From: Candidatus Adlerbacteria bacterium
GTDB taxonomy: Bacteria > Patescibacteriota > Minisyncoccia > Phycocordibacterales > SBAW01
NCBI GenBank assembly: GCA_003135635.1
Contig: PLCJ01000003.1
Span: 119,087-165,337, forward strand
Length of the DNA stretch: 46,251 bases
Reading direction: 5' to 3'
Shown piece by piece: positions 8,056 through 17,844 of this stretch. The position numbers were made by a program, and so were the translations under genes. Position 1 is the stretch's first letter; every line of letters starts with the position of its first letter. Under the pieces are notes generated by a model. The model made no database searches. It was not told where the DNA came from and saw nothing but the letters and a program-made list of their open reading frames with translations.

Positions 8056-10281
8056 TTATTTTGCTACCACAAGAGCTTCTTCAAAATGGACTGACAATAG
8101 TTTAGAAATGCCGTCGCTGTTCATGGTAATACCGTAAAGCACTCCTGCCCGGGACATTGTTTCGCGATTATGAGTAATCAAAATCAGTTGCGATTTCTGG
8201 GCAAGGTTTTCAATCATATCGCCGTAACGACGTGAGTTTGCCTCATCAAGCGCTGCATCAGTTTCGTCGAGGATAAGAAAGGGAGGTGGGTTAACCTGCG
8301 ACATCGCAAAGATAAGTGCGATAGACGTGAGCGCTCGTTCACCTCCGGAGAGCATATGAAGCCCTTTGATACGTTTATGGGGGAGCGTAATAGCAATATC
8401 TATACCCTCTTCGACTTCATCAGTAGTTTCATTTTTTTCTGAGACACTTTCTAATGCGATAGAACGTCGTGATTTCTCTTCATGCACAATAGAAAGTGTG
8501 GCACTCCCTCCTCCAAACATAAGCTTGAAAAAAATATTAAATTCTATATTTATAGTTTCTATTCCAGCGACAAAACGAGTTTGGAGAGTCGCCGTAAGCT
8601 CCTCAACTAGCTGATAGAGCTTTCGCGCAGAGACCTCAAGGTCCTTAATTTCACGTGCTAAAAATTCCTCTCGGGTACTCGTCTCTTTATATTCTTGAAG
8701 AATCTCCTTTGTATTTCCCATCCCAATCTCCTCGAGTCGGATCTTGAGTCGCTCGAGTTTGCGGCGACGCTCCTGCTGCAGAGCGCGATCCTCAGTAAAG
8801 ATCTCTGTGACAGTGAGCTTCTCGCCATGGGTATTTGTGAGTGGGTAGGAATCAAATCCCGCTGCATCACTGCCGATGAGTGCTCCCGCTTCTGCAAATT
8901 CCAAGCGAAAGGTTTCTCGCTCCTTAGCAAGAATCTGTTCTTGAGCTGAAAGTTGAACAAGTATGCTCTCAAGTTCGCTCCGACGTGCCATCCCAGAGAA
9001 AAGCTCGCGTTCGATTTCTCGGCTTGTTTCTCTTTCGCTCTCCATGCCTGTGCGCAGCTTGACAATGGCTGCAGTAATATCCTTTTCTTTTCCTTGTAAA
9101 TCGTGTAGTTCCTGTTCAATTTCAGCCTTGCGCGCGTGGTCCTGTTCTATATGTTGTTCGGATGTTGTATGCATAAGACGCCCGAGGAACTCTTTTGTCC
9201 GAGTGAGAAGAGCTGTAATACGCGCGTGCAACAAAGAGACATCGAGAGTGAGAGATTCCTTCAGTTCTTGTTCAACGTGGCGCACAAACTCTTCTACCTG
9301 TGCGTGGGGTATTATGACTCCTACTTCTTTAACCATACGCTCACGCAGAGCCTCTTCACCTTCGATTCGGCCCAGACGACGCGTAACTTGTTCACGCTTT
9401 TGCGTCATCGTGCGACTCTCTTCCTCAAGAACAACAAGTTTACTTGCGACATTGTCATTTTTACTTTTGTTTCCGATTTCCGTGCGTAACTGTGTAATGC
9501 GTACTTCAAGTACCTTGCGCTCCCCTTGAGGAGCAGCGCGTTTTTCCTCCAGCTGTTCCTGTGCCACGCGCAGATATATGCTTTCACGTCCGAGGTATTC
9601 CAGATATTTTTGGGAAATTTCAGTTTGTAAACGACTGACCTCTTCTATCTTTTTGACTTGTCCGTGCAAAAAACGAAGATGTGGGGCAAGCTCACGGCGC
9701 AACATCTCAACCTCGCGCATGTTTTCTGCTGTCTTCTCAAGTTTTCGTTCAGCGTCCTCCCGCTTATACAGATACGCAGTAAGTCCCAGCGCATCCTCCA
9801 GCATCTCGCGCCGTTCACGGGAGGAAGCCGACAGTATTCTGTCCGCTTCACCTTGAGAAATAATGTGGTGTCCCGATGCACCAATATTTGCTTGTGACAG
9901 CAACTCAACAATATCGCGCAAACGAACAACTGAGCTGTTGAGTAGATATTCGCTAATACCGTCCCGATGTACAACCCGTTCGATCGATACTTCATCGAAG
10001 TCGAGATTAAACGCTCGATCATAATTGTCAAAAATAAGTTTTACAGATGCACGCCCACTGCGCGGCACTCCTCCAGAACCATTCCAAATCATATCTTCAC
10101 CACGCCGGCCGCGCATTGACTTCATTGATTGCTCACCAAGCACAAAACGAAATGCCTCCGCTATATTGCTCTTACCTGAGCCATTGGGTCCAACAATCGC
10201 GGTAATTGTCACTCCAAAATCAAGCGACGTTTTGCGTGCAAATGATTTAAAACCAACAAGCTCAATGCTCTTAAGGCGCAT
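8056..10281 (-). CDS. smc: Short (741 aa) SMC-family chromosome segregation ATPase
   Basis: GFKSFA, Walker A GPNGSGKSN, Q-loop IISQGE, signature LSGGE, Walker B ILDETDAALD, ITHN; coiled-coil middle; follows rnc. Confidence 0.9.
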   Translation of the reverse strand: MRLKSIELVGFKSFARKTSLDFGVTITAIVGPNGSGKSNIAEAFRFVLGEQSMKSMRGRRGEDMIWNGSGGVPRSGRASVKLIFDNYDRAFNLDFDEVSIERVVHRDGISEYLLNSSVVRLRDIVELLSQANIGASGHHIISQGEADRILSASSRERREMLEDALGLTAYLYKREDAERKLEKTAENMREVEMLRRELAPHLRFLHGQVKKIEEVSRLQTEISQKYLEYLGRESIYLRVAQEQLEEKRAAPQGERKVLEVRITQLRTEIGNKSKNDNVASKLVVLEEESRTMTQKREQVTRRLGRIEGEEALRERMVKEVGVIIPHAQVEEFVRHVEQELKESLTLDVSLLHARITALLTRTKEFLGRLMHTTSEQHIEQDHARKAEIEQELHDLQGKEKDITAAIVKLRTGMESERETSREIERELFSGMARRSELESILVQLSAQEQILAKERETFRLEFAEAGALIGSDAAGFDSYPLTNTHGEKLTVTEIFTEDRALQQERRRKLERLKIRLEEIGMGNTKEILQEYKETSTREEFLAREIKDLEVSARKLYQLVEELTATLQTRFVAGIETINIEFNIFFKLMFGGGSATLSIVHEEKSRRSIALESVSEKNETTDEVEEGIDIAITLPHKRIKGLHMLSGGERALTSIALIFAMSQVNPPPFLILDETDAALDEANSRRYGDMIENLAQKSQLILITHNRETMSRAGVLYGITMNSDGISKLLSVHFEEALVVAK

Positions 10282-10293
10282 TTTACCCTTATG

Positions 10294-10986
10294 TTACCAC
10301 CTCTTTTTCTCAAGTGCTGCACGAGCAGCCTCCTGTTCTGCTTCTTGTTTACTTTTCCCATCGCCTTGAGCAAGTAGGGTATCTTTCACATATACACCGA
10401 CTATAAAATGCTTATCGTGGTCGGGACCCATCTCATGAATAACAGAGTAATAAGGGGTTGCACCTTCTGTTTCTTGTACTTTCTCTTGCAAGGTTGATTT
10501 AGAATCTTGCCACAAGCGTTTGCGTATAATGTCCTCAATCTTCGGGAAAAGATAGGTTGCGATAAAGGTCTTCGTGACATCATATCCTTGGTCAAGGAAC
10601 AGCGCGCCTACAATCGCCTCAAACGCATTTGCAAGCAAGACGCTGCGAGCACGGCCAGTATCCTTTGCTTCCCCCCGTGAGAGAAGAAGGTAATCATTCA
10701 TCCCAATTTCTGTTGCGACCTCGGCACAGGTAACCGCGTTAACCAGAGCTGCACGAAATGCGGTTAGCTCCCCTTCTGTTTGATCAGGAAACTTTTCATA
10801 TAAAAAATGTGTAGAGATAAGCTCCAATACTGCATCTCCTAGAAATTCTAATCGCTCATTATGACCAATCGTTTCGCCGCGATGCTCATTAATATATGAT
10901 CGGTGAGTAAATGCTTGACGCAAGAGAGCGACATCATTAAATGAAACCCCTATTTTCTCTTCAAATGTTTTGAAATCTTTCTGCAT
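10294..10986 (-). CDS. rnc: Ribonuclease III
   Basis: HNERLEFLGDAVL signature and a C-terminal dsRBD. Confidence 0.97.
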   Translation of the reverse strand: MQKDFKTFEEKIGVSFNDVALLRQAFTHRSYINEHRGETIGHNERLEFLGDAVLELISTHFLYEKFPDQTEGELTAFRAALVNAVTCAEVATEIGMNDYLLLSRGEAKDTGRARSVLLANAFEAIVGALFLDQGYDVTKTFIATYLFPKIEDIIRKRLWQDSKSTLQEKVQETEGATPYYSVIHEMGPDHDKHFIVGVYVKDTLLAQGDGKSKQEAEQEAARAALEKKRW

Positions 10987-10988
10987 TA

Positions 10989-11888
10989 TTATTTTGTTGA
11001 ATGTGATGCAAGCTGTTTAACTGCTTTAATAACAATCGGGAGCATGTCATCATAAAAATTAAGTTCTGTGGCATCTTGCATACGAAACCAGCGAGCATCA
11101 TCCAGGCCGCCCTTTTTAGCCAGTTCAATGTCATCCCACGGCGACTCAGCAAGAAAATATACTACGTGTTTGCGCTTTTTGCCTGCCTCAGGATCTGAGG
11201 CAACGTATTCATTTTCGCCCAAACATTCCTTAGGTGTAATAGTAAGTCCAATTTCTTCTTTTATCTTACGGATTACTCCGTCCTCGGGCTTTTCTTCCAA
11301 TGCAAGTTTTCCTTTGGAAAGAGTCCAGTGGCCAAACACGTCGTGTACAAGAGCAAGATATAACTCCCCATCGTGCCTGGCATAGACCACAGCACCAACG
11401 AGACGCTCCAGGGGCATTTTTTCATAGGGAACATCTTTTTTCTTTTTGCCGATTTCGTTTTTACCCGGCTCTCCCAGTTCTTTGTAAACAGCTCCCAAGA
11501 CACCGTTCACGAATCGACCGCTATTATCACCACCGAAGCTCTTGGCAAGTTCGATTGCTTCATTTATAGCGACTTTTGCTGGGACCACAGCACGATCAGC
11601 AAATAAAAGTTCGTATAAGCCAAGTCGCAGTACATTACGGTCCACAAGCGCTATACGTTCAAGAGGCCATTCGGGAGCAGCCTTCCCCATTACTAAATCA
11701 AGGTCATCTTTGTGCCCAATCGTGCCACTCAAAACTTCCTGCATAAACGATATATCGCTGATGCCTGGGGCAGATTCTTGTGCATTGCGTATGAGCGATT
11801 CGCGAGCTTCATGTAAAGAGTAGCTTCGAAAATCCCACTCAAAAAGTGTTTGAAGTACCACTGCCCGTGAAAGGTGCCGATTTGCCAT
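10989..11888 (-). CDS. nusB: Transcription antitermination factor NusB fused to a C-terminal NUDIX domain
   Basis: RHLSRAVVLQTLFE..VDRNVLRLG..VAINEAIELAKSFG..FVNGVLG, then GAVVYA..WTLSKGKLALEEKPEDGVIRKIKEEIGL (NUDIX-like box). Confidence 0.9.
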   Translation of the reverse strand: MANRHLSRAVVLQTLFEWDFRSYSLHEARESLIRNAQESAPGISDISFMQEVLSGTIGHKDDLDLVMGKAAPEWPLERIALVDRNVLRLGLYELLFADRAVVPAKVAINEAIELAKSFGGDNSGRFVNGVLGAVYKELGEPGKNEIGKKKKDVPYEKMPLERLVGAVVYARHDGELYLALVHDVFGHWTLSKGKLALEEKPEDGVIRKIKEEIGLTITPKECLGENEYVASDPEAGKKRKHVVYFLAESPWDDIELAKKGGLDDARWFRMQDATELNFYDDMLPIVIKAVKQLASHSTK

Positions 11889-11959
11889 TGTCAAAAAAAC
11901 GTCTTAACCCCCTATACGCCCCCTGATAAAGAAAAAAGAGATTGCTCTTTATGCTGTGT

Positions 11960-12184
11960 CTAGCGTCTCTCTCCTTCTTTTTTTGTTCGTTTCGCGACCC
12001 TCGCCTGGGCCTGCTGGGCGAGATCTATAACTACACGTCCGCGGTAACGTCCACAAGAAGGGCATGCGCGATGTGATACGCGCAATGCGCCACACTCACA
12101 GGCCGACAGCGCCTGAACCGCGAGCGCGTGATGCGACCGTCGGTTGCGTGTTTGCGCCCGAGTATGTCTCATGCGGACTACCAT
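11960..12184 (-). CDS. rpmF: 50S ribosomal protein L32
   Basis: RHTRAQTRNRRSHH..CECG..HRACPSCGRYRGR. Confidence 0.93.
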   Translation of the reverse strand: MVVRMRHTRAQTRNRRSHHALAVQALSACECGALRVSHRACPSCGRYRGRVVIDLAQQAQARVAKRTKKEGERR

Positions 12185-12229
12185 AGAAATACCCTAACAT
12201 TCCAGGGGAAAACACACAAGCATCGCAGC

Positions 12230-12814
12230 CTAAAAGTTATGACAAAAACTCTTTCGATGGATAGCGCATAGTCCAAATTGTTTGATTGCTCCGCGATGGA
12301 GATCAGTACCATATCCTTTATGTAGCTCAAAACTATATACAGGGAATTTTTTTCCTAAACGCCGCATGAGTCGATCCCGTCGCACTTTCGCTGCAATCGA
12401 AGCAAGTGAAATAATAGGCTCTATCCTATCTCCCCCAATGATGGTTCTTTGCTTATAACGCGATGGCGCATGAAGTAAGCCATCAAGAAGTATATACGTA
12501 CTCCTCGGCTCTGGTGCCAGACGATGGATACCTCGCCGGAGTGCACGCGTCACGGCCTTTGTGATACCAACTTGGTCTATGGTGCTCGCTAAAGAAAACG
12601 CAACCGTATACCGGAGTGCTCCCTTGTGGTGAAGGAGTGCTAAGCGCTCAAACAACTCCTCCCGCTTTTTCTCTGAAAGCGCTTTTGAGTCAGCGATACC
12701 GGGGAACTCTTTCGTAACGTCAAAAGTATACGGAACCATGACAATACCGACGGCAACTGGTCCAGCAAGCGGACCACGTCCAGCCTCATCGATGCCAATA
12801 TACATATCCGTCAT
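12230..12814 (-). CDS. rnhB: Ribonuclease HII
   Basis: GIDEAGRGPLAGPV, DSKALS, ASIAAKVRRD, HKGYGT. Confidence 0.96.
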   Translation of the reverse strand: MTDMYIGIDEAGRGPLAGPVAVGIVMVPYTFDVTKEFPGIADSKALSEKKREELFERLALLHHKGALRYTVAFSLASTIDQVGITKAVTRALRRGIHRLAPEPRSTYILLDGLLHAPSRYKQRTIIGGDRIEPIISLASIAAKVRRDRLMRRLGKKFPVYSFELHKGYGTDLHRGAIKQFGLCAIHRKSFCHNF

Positions 12815-12869
12815 TATCTCTTATGGTAGCAGGAGTGGCTTAAATCATGCACGTCTGTATACTCGAGAT

Positions 12870-15800
12870 ATGTCGAGATTTGTTCATCTGCACGCCCACT
12901 CACATTACTCACTTCTGCGAGCTCTTCCGAAAATCCCTGACCTGGTTGCAGCAGCAAAAAAAGAGGGGTGTAGTGCGCTTGCGCTTACTGATCTTGATAA
13001 TCTATACGGAGCTATTGAATTTTATAAAGAATGTAAGGCACAAAATATCAAGCCTATCTTGGGACTTGACGCTCATGTAGGTAACGAACAACGTCTCGTG
13101 CTGCTTGCTCAAAACAACATCGGCTATAAACATCTGCTCGCGCTCGTTAGTGAAGCCAATCTCGCTGAGCATACTCATACGCCAATTTTTACCCGCCAGA
13201 TGCTGCGCGCACATGCTGAAGGGTTGATTGTCATAGCACCTATGATTCAGGGCGAGATAACATCCGCCCTGCGAGCTCAAGATACGGCACGCGCAGTGCG
13301 TCTCCTTCTTGAGTATCAAGAAATTTTTGGTCATGAGCGAATATATCTTGAGGTGGGACAATACGAAGATGACGCCCTTATACAGACCATCCGTGAGTTT
13401 GGGCAAACATATAACACTCCTATAGTAGCGGGACAAGAGATACGCTATCTCCACCGTGACGATCGTCGAGCGTGGAGAACTATGCAAGCAATAGAGCACA
13501 AAGATCGCGGTGAGGAGGATGAGAGCCAGGATGCCGACTTATCGTTTCGATCTGACTGGGATATGCAGAAACTTTTTGGCGATATTCCGGAAACACTTAC
13601 CAATACACTCGTTATTGCTCAACAATGCAATGTAGAACTTCCGTTTGATGTTTGGATGTTTCCCAATTTTCCCCTCCCTCCCCACGCTACATTTGATACT
13701 GAACTACGCAGGCTTATTGAGGAAGGGCTTGCACATCGAGGACTTGCCGAGGAGCCACAGGTACGCGAGCGCATTGAGTATGAATATCATATTATCTGCA
13801 AAAAAGGGTTCTCACCGTACTTTTTGGTGGTAGCAGATCTGCTTTCCTTTGCGCGTCACAGTGGCATCCTCACCACTACCCGCGGATCGGCGGCAGGTTC
13901 ACTCATCTCCTATCTCATTGGCATTACAAACGTTGATCCGCTCCACTACAAACTCCCCTTTGAGCGGTTTTTGAATCCTGAACGACCCTCTGCGCCTGAT
14001 ATAGATATGGATTTTGCTGATAACCGTCGAGATGAAGTCATTGAATATACGCGTCAAAAATATGGAGCGGAACACGTAGCCCAAATCGGCACCTTCGGCA
14101 CTATGCTTGCGCGTGGGGTGGTACGCGATGTGGCACGAGCACTTGGGTACCCCTATGGACTCGGTGATCGCATCGCCAAAGAAATTCCTATGGGCTCACA
14201 GGGTTTTCCTATGACACTGAGCCGAGCGCTCAGTGAAAATGCGGAACTTGCTGCTATGTATAAAAACGAGGACGAGGTACAAGAAATTATTGATTTAGGG
14301 AAAAAAATCGAGGGCTGCGCACGCCACATTTCCGTACATGCAGCTGGCGTAGTGATTTCCCCACAACCACTGACTGAATTTACTCCGATCCAGCGCGATC
14401 CCAAGGGGGGCAAAATCATTACACAATATGACATGTATTCGATAGAGAATGCGGGACTTTTAAAATTCGATTTTCTTGGTATCCGTAACTTGGCGATACT
14501 CGCACATTCCGTTGAGCTTGTAGAAAAATTACGTGGTGAAAAAATTGATATTGAAAACGTTCCGCTTGATGATACTAAGACCTTTACCATGCTTGCACGT
14601 GGTGAGACTGAAGGAATATTTCAGCTAAACGGCTCTGGTATGACTAGGTATCTCAAAGAACTTAAACCCACAAGTATTTATGACATTAATGTTATGGTTG
14701 CGCTCTTTCGCCCAGGCCCCATGGAATCTATACCGGCCTATATTGAGCGCAAACATAATCCGACACTAGTGCGTTACCTTGATCCACGGATGCGTGAATA
14801 TCTTGATACCTCCTATGGCCTCTTGGTATATCAAGATGATGTGCTTCTTACCGCTATCAAGCTTGGTGGATATTCTTGGCTTGGTGCTGACAAGCTGCGC
14901 AAGGCAATAGGCAAAAAAATCCCCGAGGTCATGAAGGCAGAAAAGGAAAAATTAATTAAGGGGTTTATCGAATATGGCAAACTTTCCAAAGAACTGGCAG
15001 AACAACTGTGGAAGCTTATCGAACCATTTGCAGCATACGGCTTTGGTAAAGCGCATGCCGCTAGCTATGGCAAAGTCGCCTATCAAACCGCATATATGAA
15101 GGCAAATTATCCTGTTGAATATATGGCAGCTATTCTCACTGCAGAGGCGGGTAATATTGAGACGGTTTCCGTTATGATTGCCGAGTGCAAGCGCATGAGT
15201 ATAGCTGTGCATCCGCCAGATATAAATGAAAGCTATGGCGATTTTACGGTAATTGTAGATGATACAAAAACAGCAGTTGCTATTCGTTTTGGTCTTTACT
15301 CAATAAAAAATCTCGGTCGGGGTGTTGCAGACAGCATTATCGATGAGCGGAAAAAATCTGGACCATTTTCTTCTCTTTCTAATTTTCTTTCTCGAGTCAA
15401 AGATCAAAACCTCAATAAAAAAGGATTAGAATCGCTTATTGCCTGCGGTGCTCTGGGTAGTCTGGGAGAGCGTAGAGCAATGCTCTCTTCAGTGGAAGCG
15501 TTGCTTACATATCATCGCGATGCATCAAAAGAACAAGCGCAAGATTCACTTTTTTCTGGAGAGATAGGCATGAGCGATGTGCGCCTAGCCGCAGCACCCC
15601 CGGCTACCCTTGAAGAGCGACTAAGGTGGGAAAAGGAGCTTCTGGGCCTCTATATCTCTGGCCATCCGCTTGACCGTTTCAAAGAAAAACTTTCTAAGCG
15701 ATCGATGACCCTTCGAGAGCTTAAAGAAAAAATTCCCCCAGGCGGGATCGCTATTGCTGCGGGCATGGTAGAGGGGGTACGCATGGTATTGACACGCTCG

Positions 15801-15986
15801 GGTGATCAGATGGCATTTATAAAATTGACCGATTTTGAAGATTCTCTGGAGGCAGTCATCTTCCCAAAAAACTTTAGTGAACATCGCAGTATCTTGAAAC
15901 CGGAAAGCTGCATCGCGCTGCAAGGTCGTTTATCTGAGCGCAATGGAGAACTCTCTATGGTGGCTGAGAAACTTACAGTCTTATAG
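12870..15986 (+). CDS. dnaE: DNA polymerase III alpha subunit
   Basis: N-terminal PHP (FVHLHAHSHYSLL), RGSAAGSL, FERFLNPER..PDIDMDF, KFDFLG, C-terminal OB fold. Start placed at ATG 12870. Confidence 0.96.
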   Translation: MSRFVHLHAHSHYSLLRALPKIPDLVAAAKKEGCSALALTDLDNLYGAIEFYKECKAQNIKPILGLDAHVGNEQRLVLLAQNNIGYKHLLALVSEANLAEHTHTPIFTRQMLRAHAEGLIVIAPMIQGEITSALRAQDTARAVRLLLEYQEIFGHERIYLEVGQYEDDALIQTIREFGQTYNTPIVAGQEIRYLHRDDRRAWRTMQAIEHKDRGEEDESQDADLSFRSDWDMQKLFGDIPETLTNTLVIAQQCNVELPFDVWMFPNFPLPPHATFDTELRRLIEEGLAHRGLAEEPQVRERIEYEYHIICKKGFSPYFLVVADLLSFARHSGILTTTRGSAAGSLISYLIGITNVDPLHYKLPFERFLNPERPSAPDIDMDFADNRRDEVIEYTRQKYGAEHVAQIGTFGTMLARGVVRDVARALGYPYGLGDRIAKEIPMGSQGFPMTLSRALSENAELAAMYKNEDEVQEIIDLGKKIEGCARHISVHAAGVVISPQPLTEFTPIQRDPKGGKIITQYDMYSIENAGLLKFDFLGIRNLAILAHSVELVEKLRGEKIDIENVPLDDTKTFTMLARGETEGIFQLNGSGMTRYLKELKPTSIYDINVMVALFRPGPMESIPAYIERKHNPTLVRYLDPRMREYLDTSYGLLVYQDDVLLTAIKLGGYSWLGADKLRKAIGKKIPEVMKAEKEKLIKGFIEYGKLSKELAEQLWKLIEPFAAYGFGKAHAASYGKVAYQTAYMKANYPVEYMAAILTAEAGNIETVSVMIAECKRMSIAVHPPDINESYGDFTVIVDDTKTAVAIRFGLYSIKNLGRGVADSIIDERKKSGPFSSLSNFLSRVKDQNLNKKGLESLIACGALGSLGERRAMLSSVEALLTYHRDASKEQAQDSLFSGEIGMSDVRLAAAPPATLEERLRWEKELLGLYISGHPLDRFKEKLSKRSMTLRELKEKIPPGGIAIAAGMVEGVRMVLTRSGDQMAFIKLTDFEDSLEAVIFPKNFSEHRSILKPESCIALQGRLSERNGELSMVAEKLTVL

Positions 15987-16016
15987 CATTTTTGAAAAAA
16001 GAAAAAATGTGTCAGT

Positions 16017-17765
16017 ATGAACTGTATGTCATCTCTGGAATATCGCCGGCACACACTTGCCCACTTACTTGCCGCGGCAGTAACTACTCTGTATCCAAAT
16101 GCACTACCAACGATCGGTCCTGCTATCGACACGGGTTTTTATTATGATTTTGATTTCCTTGAAAACACTCTTAAGGAAGAAGATTTAGAAAAACTAGAAA
16201 GGAAAATGCGTGAGCTCTTGGTGGGGTGGAGCGTATTTACTCACCAAGTTACTTCACCCGAAGTGGCGCGCGATTATTTTAAAACCAACCCATACAAGCT
16301 TGAGCTTATCGATGAAATAGAGAAGTCTGGAGAAGTAATTACCCTGTATACCTGTGGCGGCTTTACTGATTTATGTCGTGGCGGACATGCTGAGCATCCG
16401 GCGGAAGAAATCACTGCAGATTCTTTCACGCTGGAGCGTATAGCGGGCGCCTACTGGCGTGGCAATGAAAAAAATACCATGCTCACGCGTGTGTATGGTG
16501 TAGCCTTTGATAGTAATAAAGAACTTGAGAGATATAAAGGACAAAAAGAAGAAGCAGAAAAACGCGACCATAGAAAGTTGGGAAAGGAACTTGATTTATT
16601 TACATTTTCTGAACTCGTCGGTGGTGGTCTTCCCCTATTCACCCCAAAAGGTACTATTTTGCGCGATGAAATAGATGCGTACTCGCAGACACTTCGTACC
16701 GCCCGTGGATTCAGCAAAGTATGGATTCCGCATATCACAAAAACCAATTTATATAAAACCTCAGGCCATTGGGAAAAATTTGGGCATGAACTATTTCTTG
16801 TCAAAAGCCAAGAGACACAGGATGATTTTGTGCTCAAACCAATGAACTGTCCGCATCATGCGCAAATATATGTTTCTCGGCCACGAAGCTATCGAGATTT
16901 ACCTATTCGCTATCTCGAAACTACTGCGGTGTATCGCGATGAAAAAACGGGAGAGCTTTCTGGCCTCTCTCGTGTCCGGGCTATAACACAAGATGACAGC
17001 CATATTTTCTGTCGATTTGATCAAATTGAACAAGAATATGCATCGATTATGGAAATGGTGACTGAGTTTTACGCAACCATGGGGATGCAGTTTCGTGCAC
17101 GACTCTCTTTCCATGATTCTGCTAATCTAGGAAAATATCTGGGCGAAGAGTCGCAATGGAAAGAAGCGGAGGAAAAACTTGAATCAATTTCTAAACGTGG
17201 AAATTTCGACTACTTTATTGCGCGCGGAGAAGCAGCATTTTACGGCCCCAAGATCGATTTTATGGCTACCGATGCACTGGGACGTGAACACCAGCTTGCT
17301 ACAGCACAACTGGATTTTGTACAACCGGCCCGTTTTGAACTTGAATACACTGATTCTGATGGAATTAAAAAGACACCCATTATGATTCATCTTGCTATTG
17401 CTGGATCGCTTGAGCGGTTCCTTTCGATCTATATTGAACACACCGCCGGAGTATTTCCTCTATGGCTTTCCCCGGTGCAGGCGCGCATCTTGCCTATTGC
17501 CGAAACCCATCATGTCTTCGCGCAAAGAGCATTTGAGGAGCTTAAGACCGCAGGAATTCGTATAGAGCTCGATGATTCCAATGAAACCTTGGGCAAAAAG
17601 ATTCGTGCTGCGAAACAAGAAAAAATTCCTTATCTTCTCGTTATGGGAGACAGCGAAGTGCATGCTCAAACCGCAACGCTGGAAGGTCGAACAAATAAAA
17701 TTGGAACATTTCCTATAGCGCAAATAATCCTACAGCTTAAAGAAGAAATTGCTGCAAGAAAATAA
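16017..17765 (+). CDS. thrS: Threonine--tRNA ligase (no N-terminal TGS domain; start could be 16026)
   Basis: RHTLAHLLA, DLCRGGH, RDHRKLGKELDLF, KPMNCPHH, AAFYGPKID, GSLERF. Confidence 0.97.
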   Translation: MNCMSSLEYRRHTLAHLLAAAVTTLYPNALPTIGPAIDTGFYYDFDFLENTLKEEDLEKLERKMRELLVGWSVFTHQVTSPEVARDYFKTNPYKLELIDEIEKSGEVITLYTCGGFTDLCRGGHAEHPAEEITADSFTLERIAGAYWRGNEKNTMLTRVYGVAFDSNKELERYKGQKEEAEKRDHRKLGKELDLFTFSELVGGGLPLFTPKGTILRDEIDAYSQTLRTARGFSKVWIPHITKTNLYKTSGHWEKFGHELFLVKSQETQDDFVLKPMNCPHHAQIYVSRPRSYRDLPIRYLETTAVYRDEKTGELSGLSRVRAITQDDSHIFCRFDQIEQEYASIMEMVTEFYATMGMQFRARLSFHDSANLGKYLGEESQWKEAEEKLESISKRGNFDYFIARGEAAFYGPKIDFMATDALGREHQLATAQLDFVQPARFELEYTDSDGIKKTPIMIHLAIAGSLERFLSIYIEHTAGVFPLWLSPVQARILPIAETHHVFAQRAFEELKTAGIRIELDDSNETLGKKIRAAKQEKIPYLLVMGDSEVHAQTATLEGRTNKIGTFPIAQIILQLKEEIAARK

Positions 17766-17787
17766 CTTTTGAATGTACAGGAGATAC

Positions 17788-17822
17788 GTAAATCGCCGCC
17801 CAGAAGGCGGCGATTACTTTCT
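17788..17822. terminator. Intrinsic terminator hairpin between convergent genes
   Basis: AATCGCCGCC-cagaa-GGCGGCGATT (10-bp stem) followed by ACTTTCT. Confidence 0.75.
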
Positions 17823-17844
17823 CAATTTGAGAGCTTATTGTATC

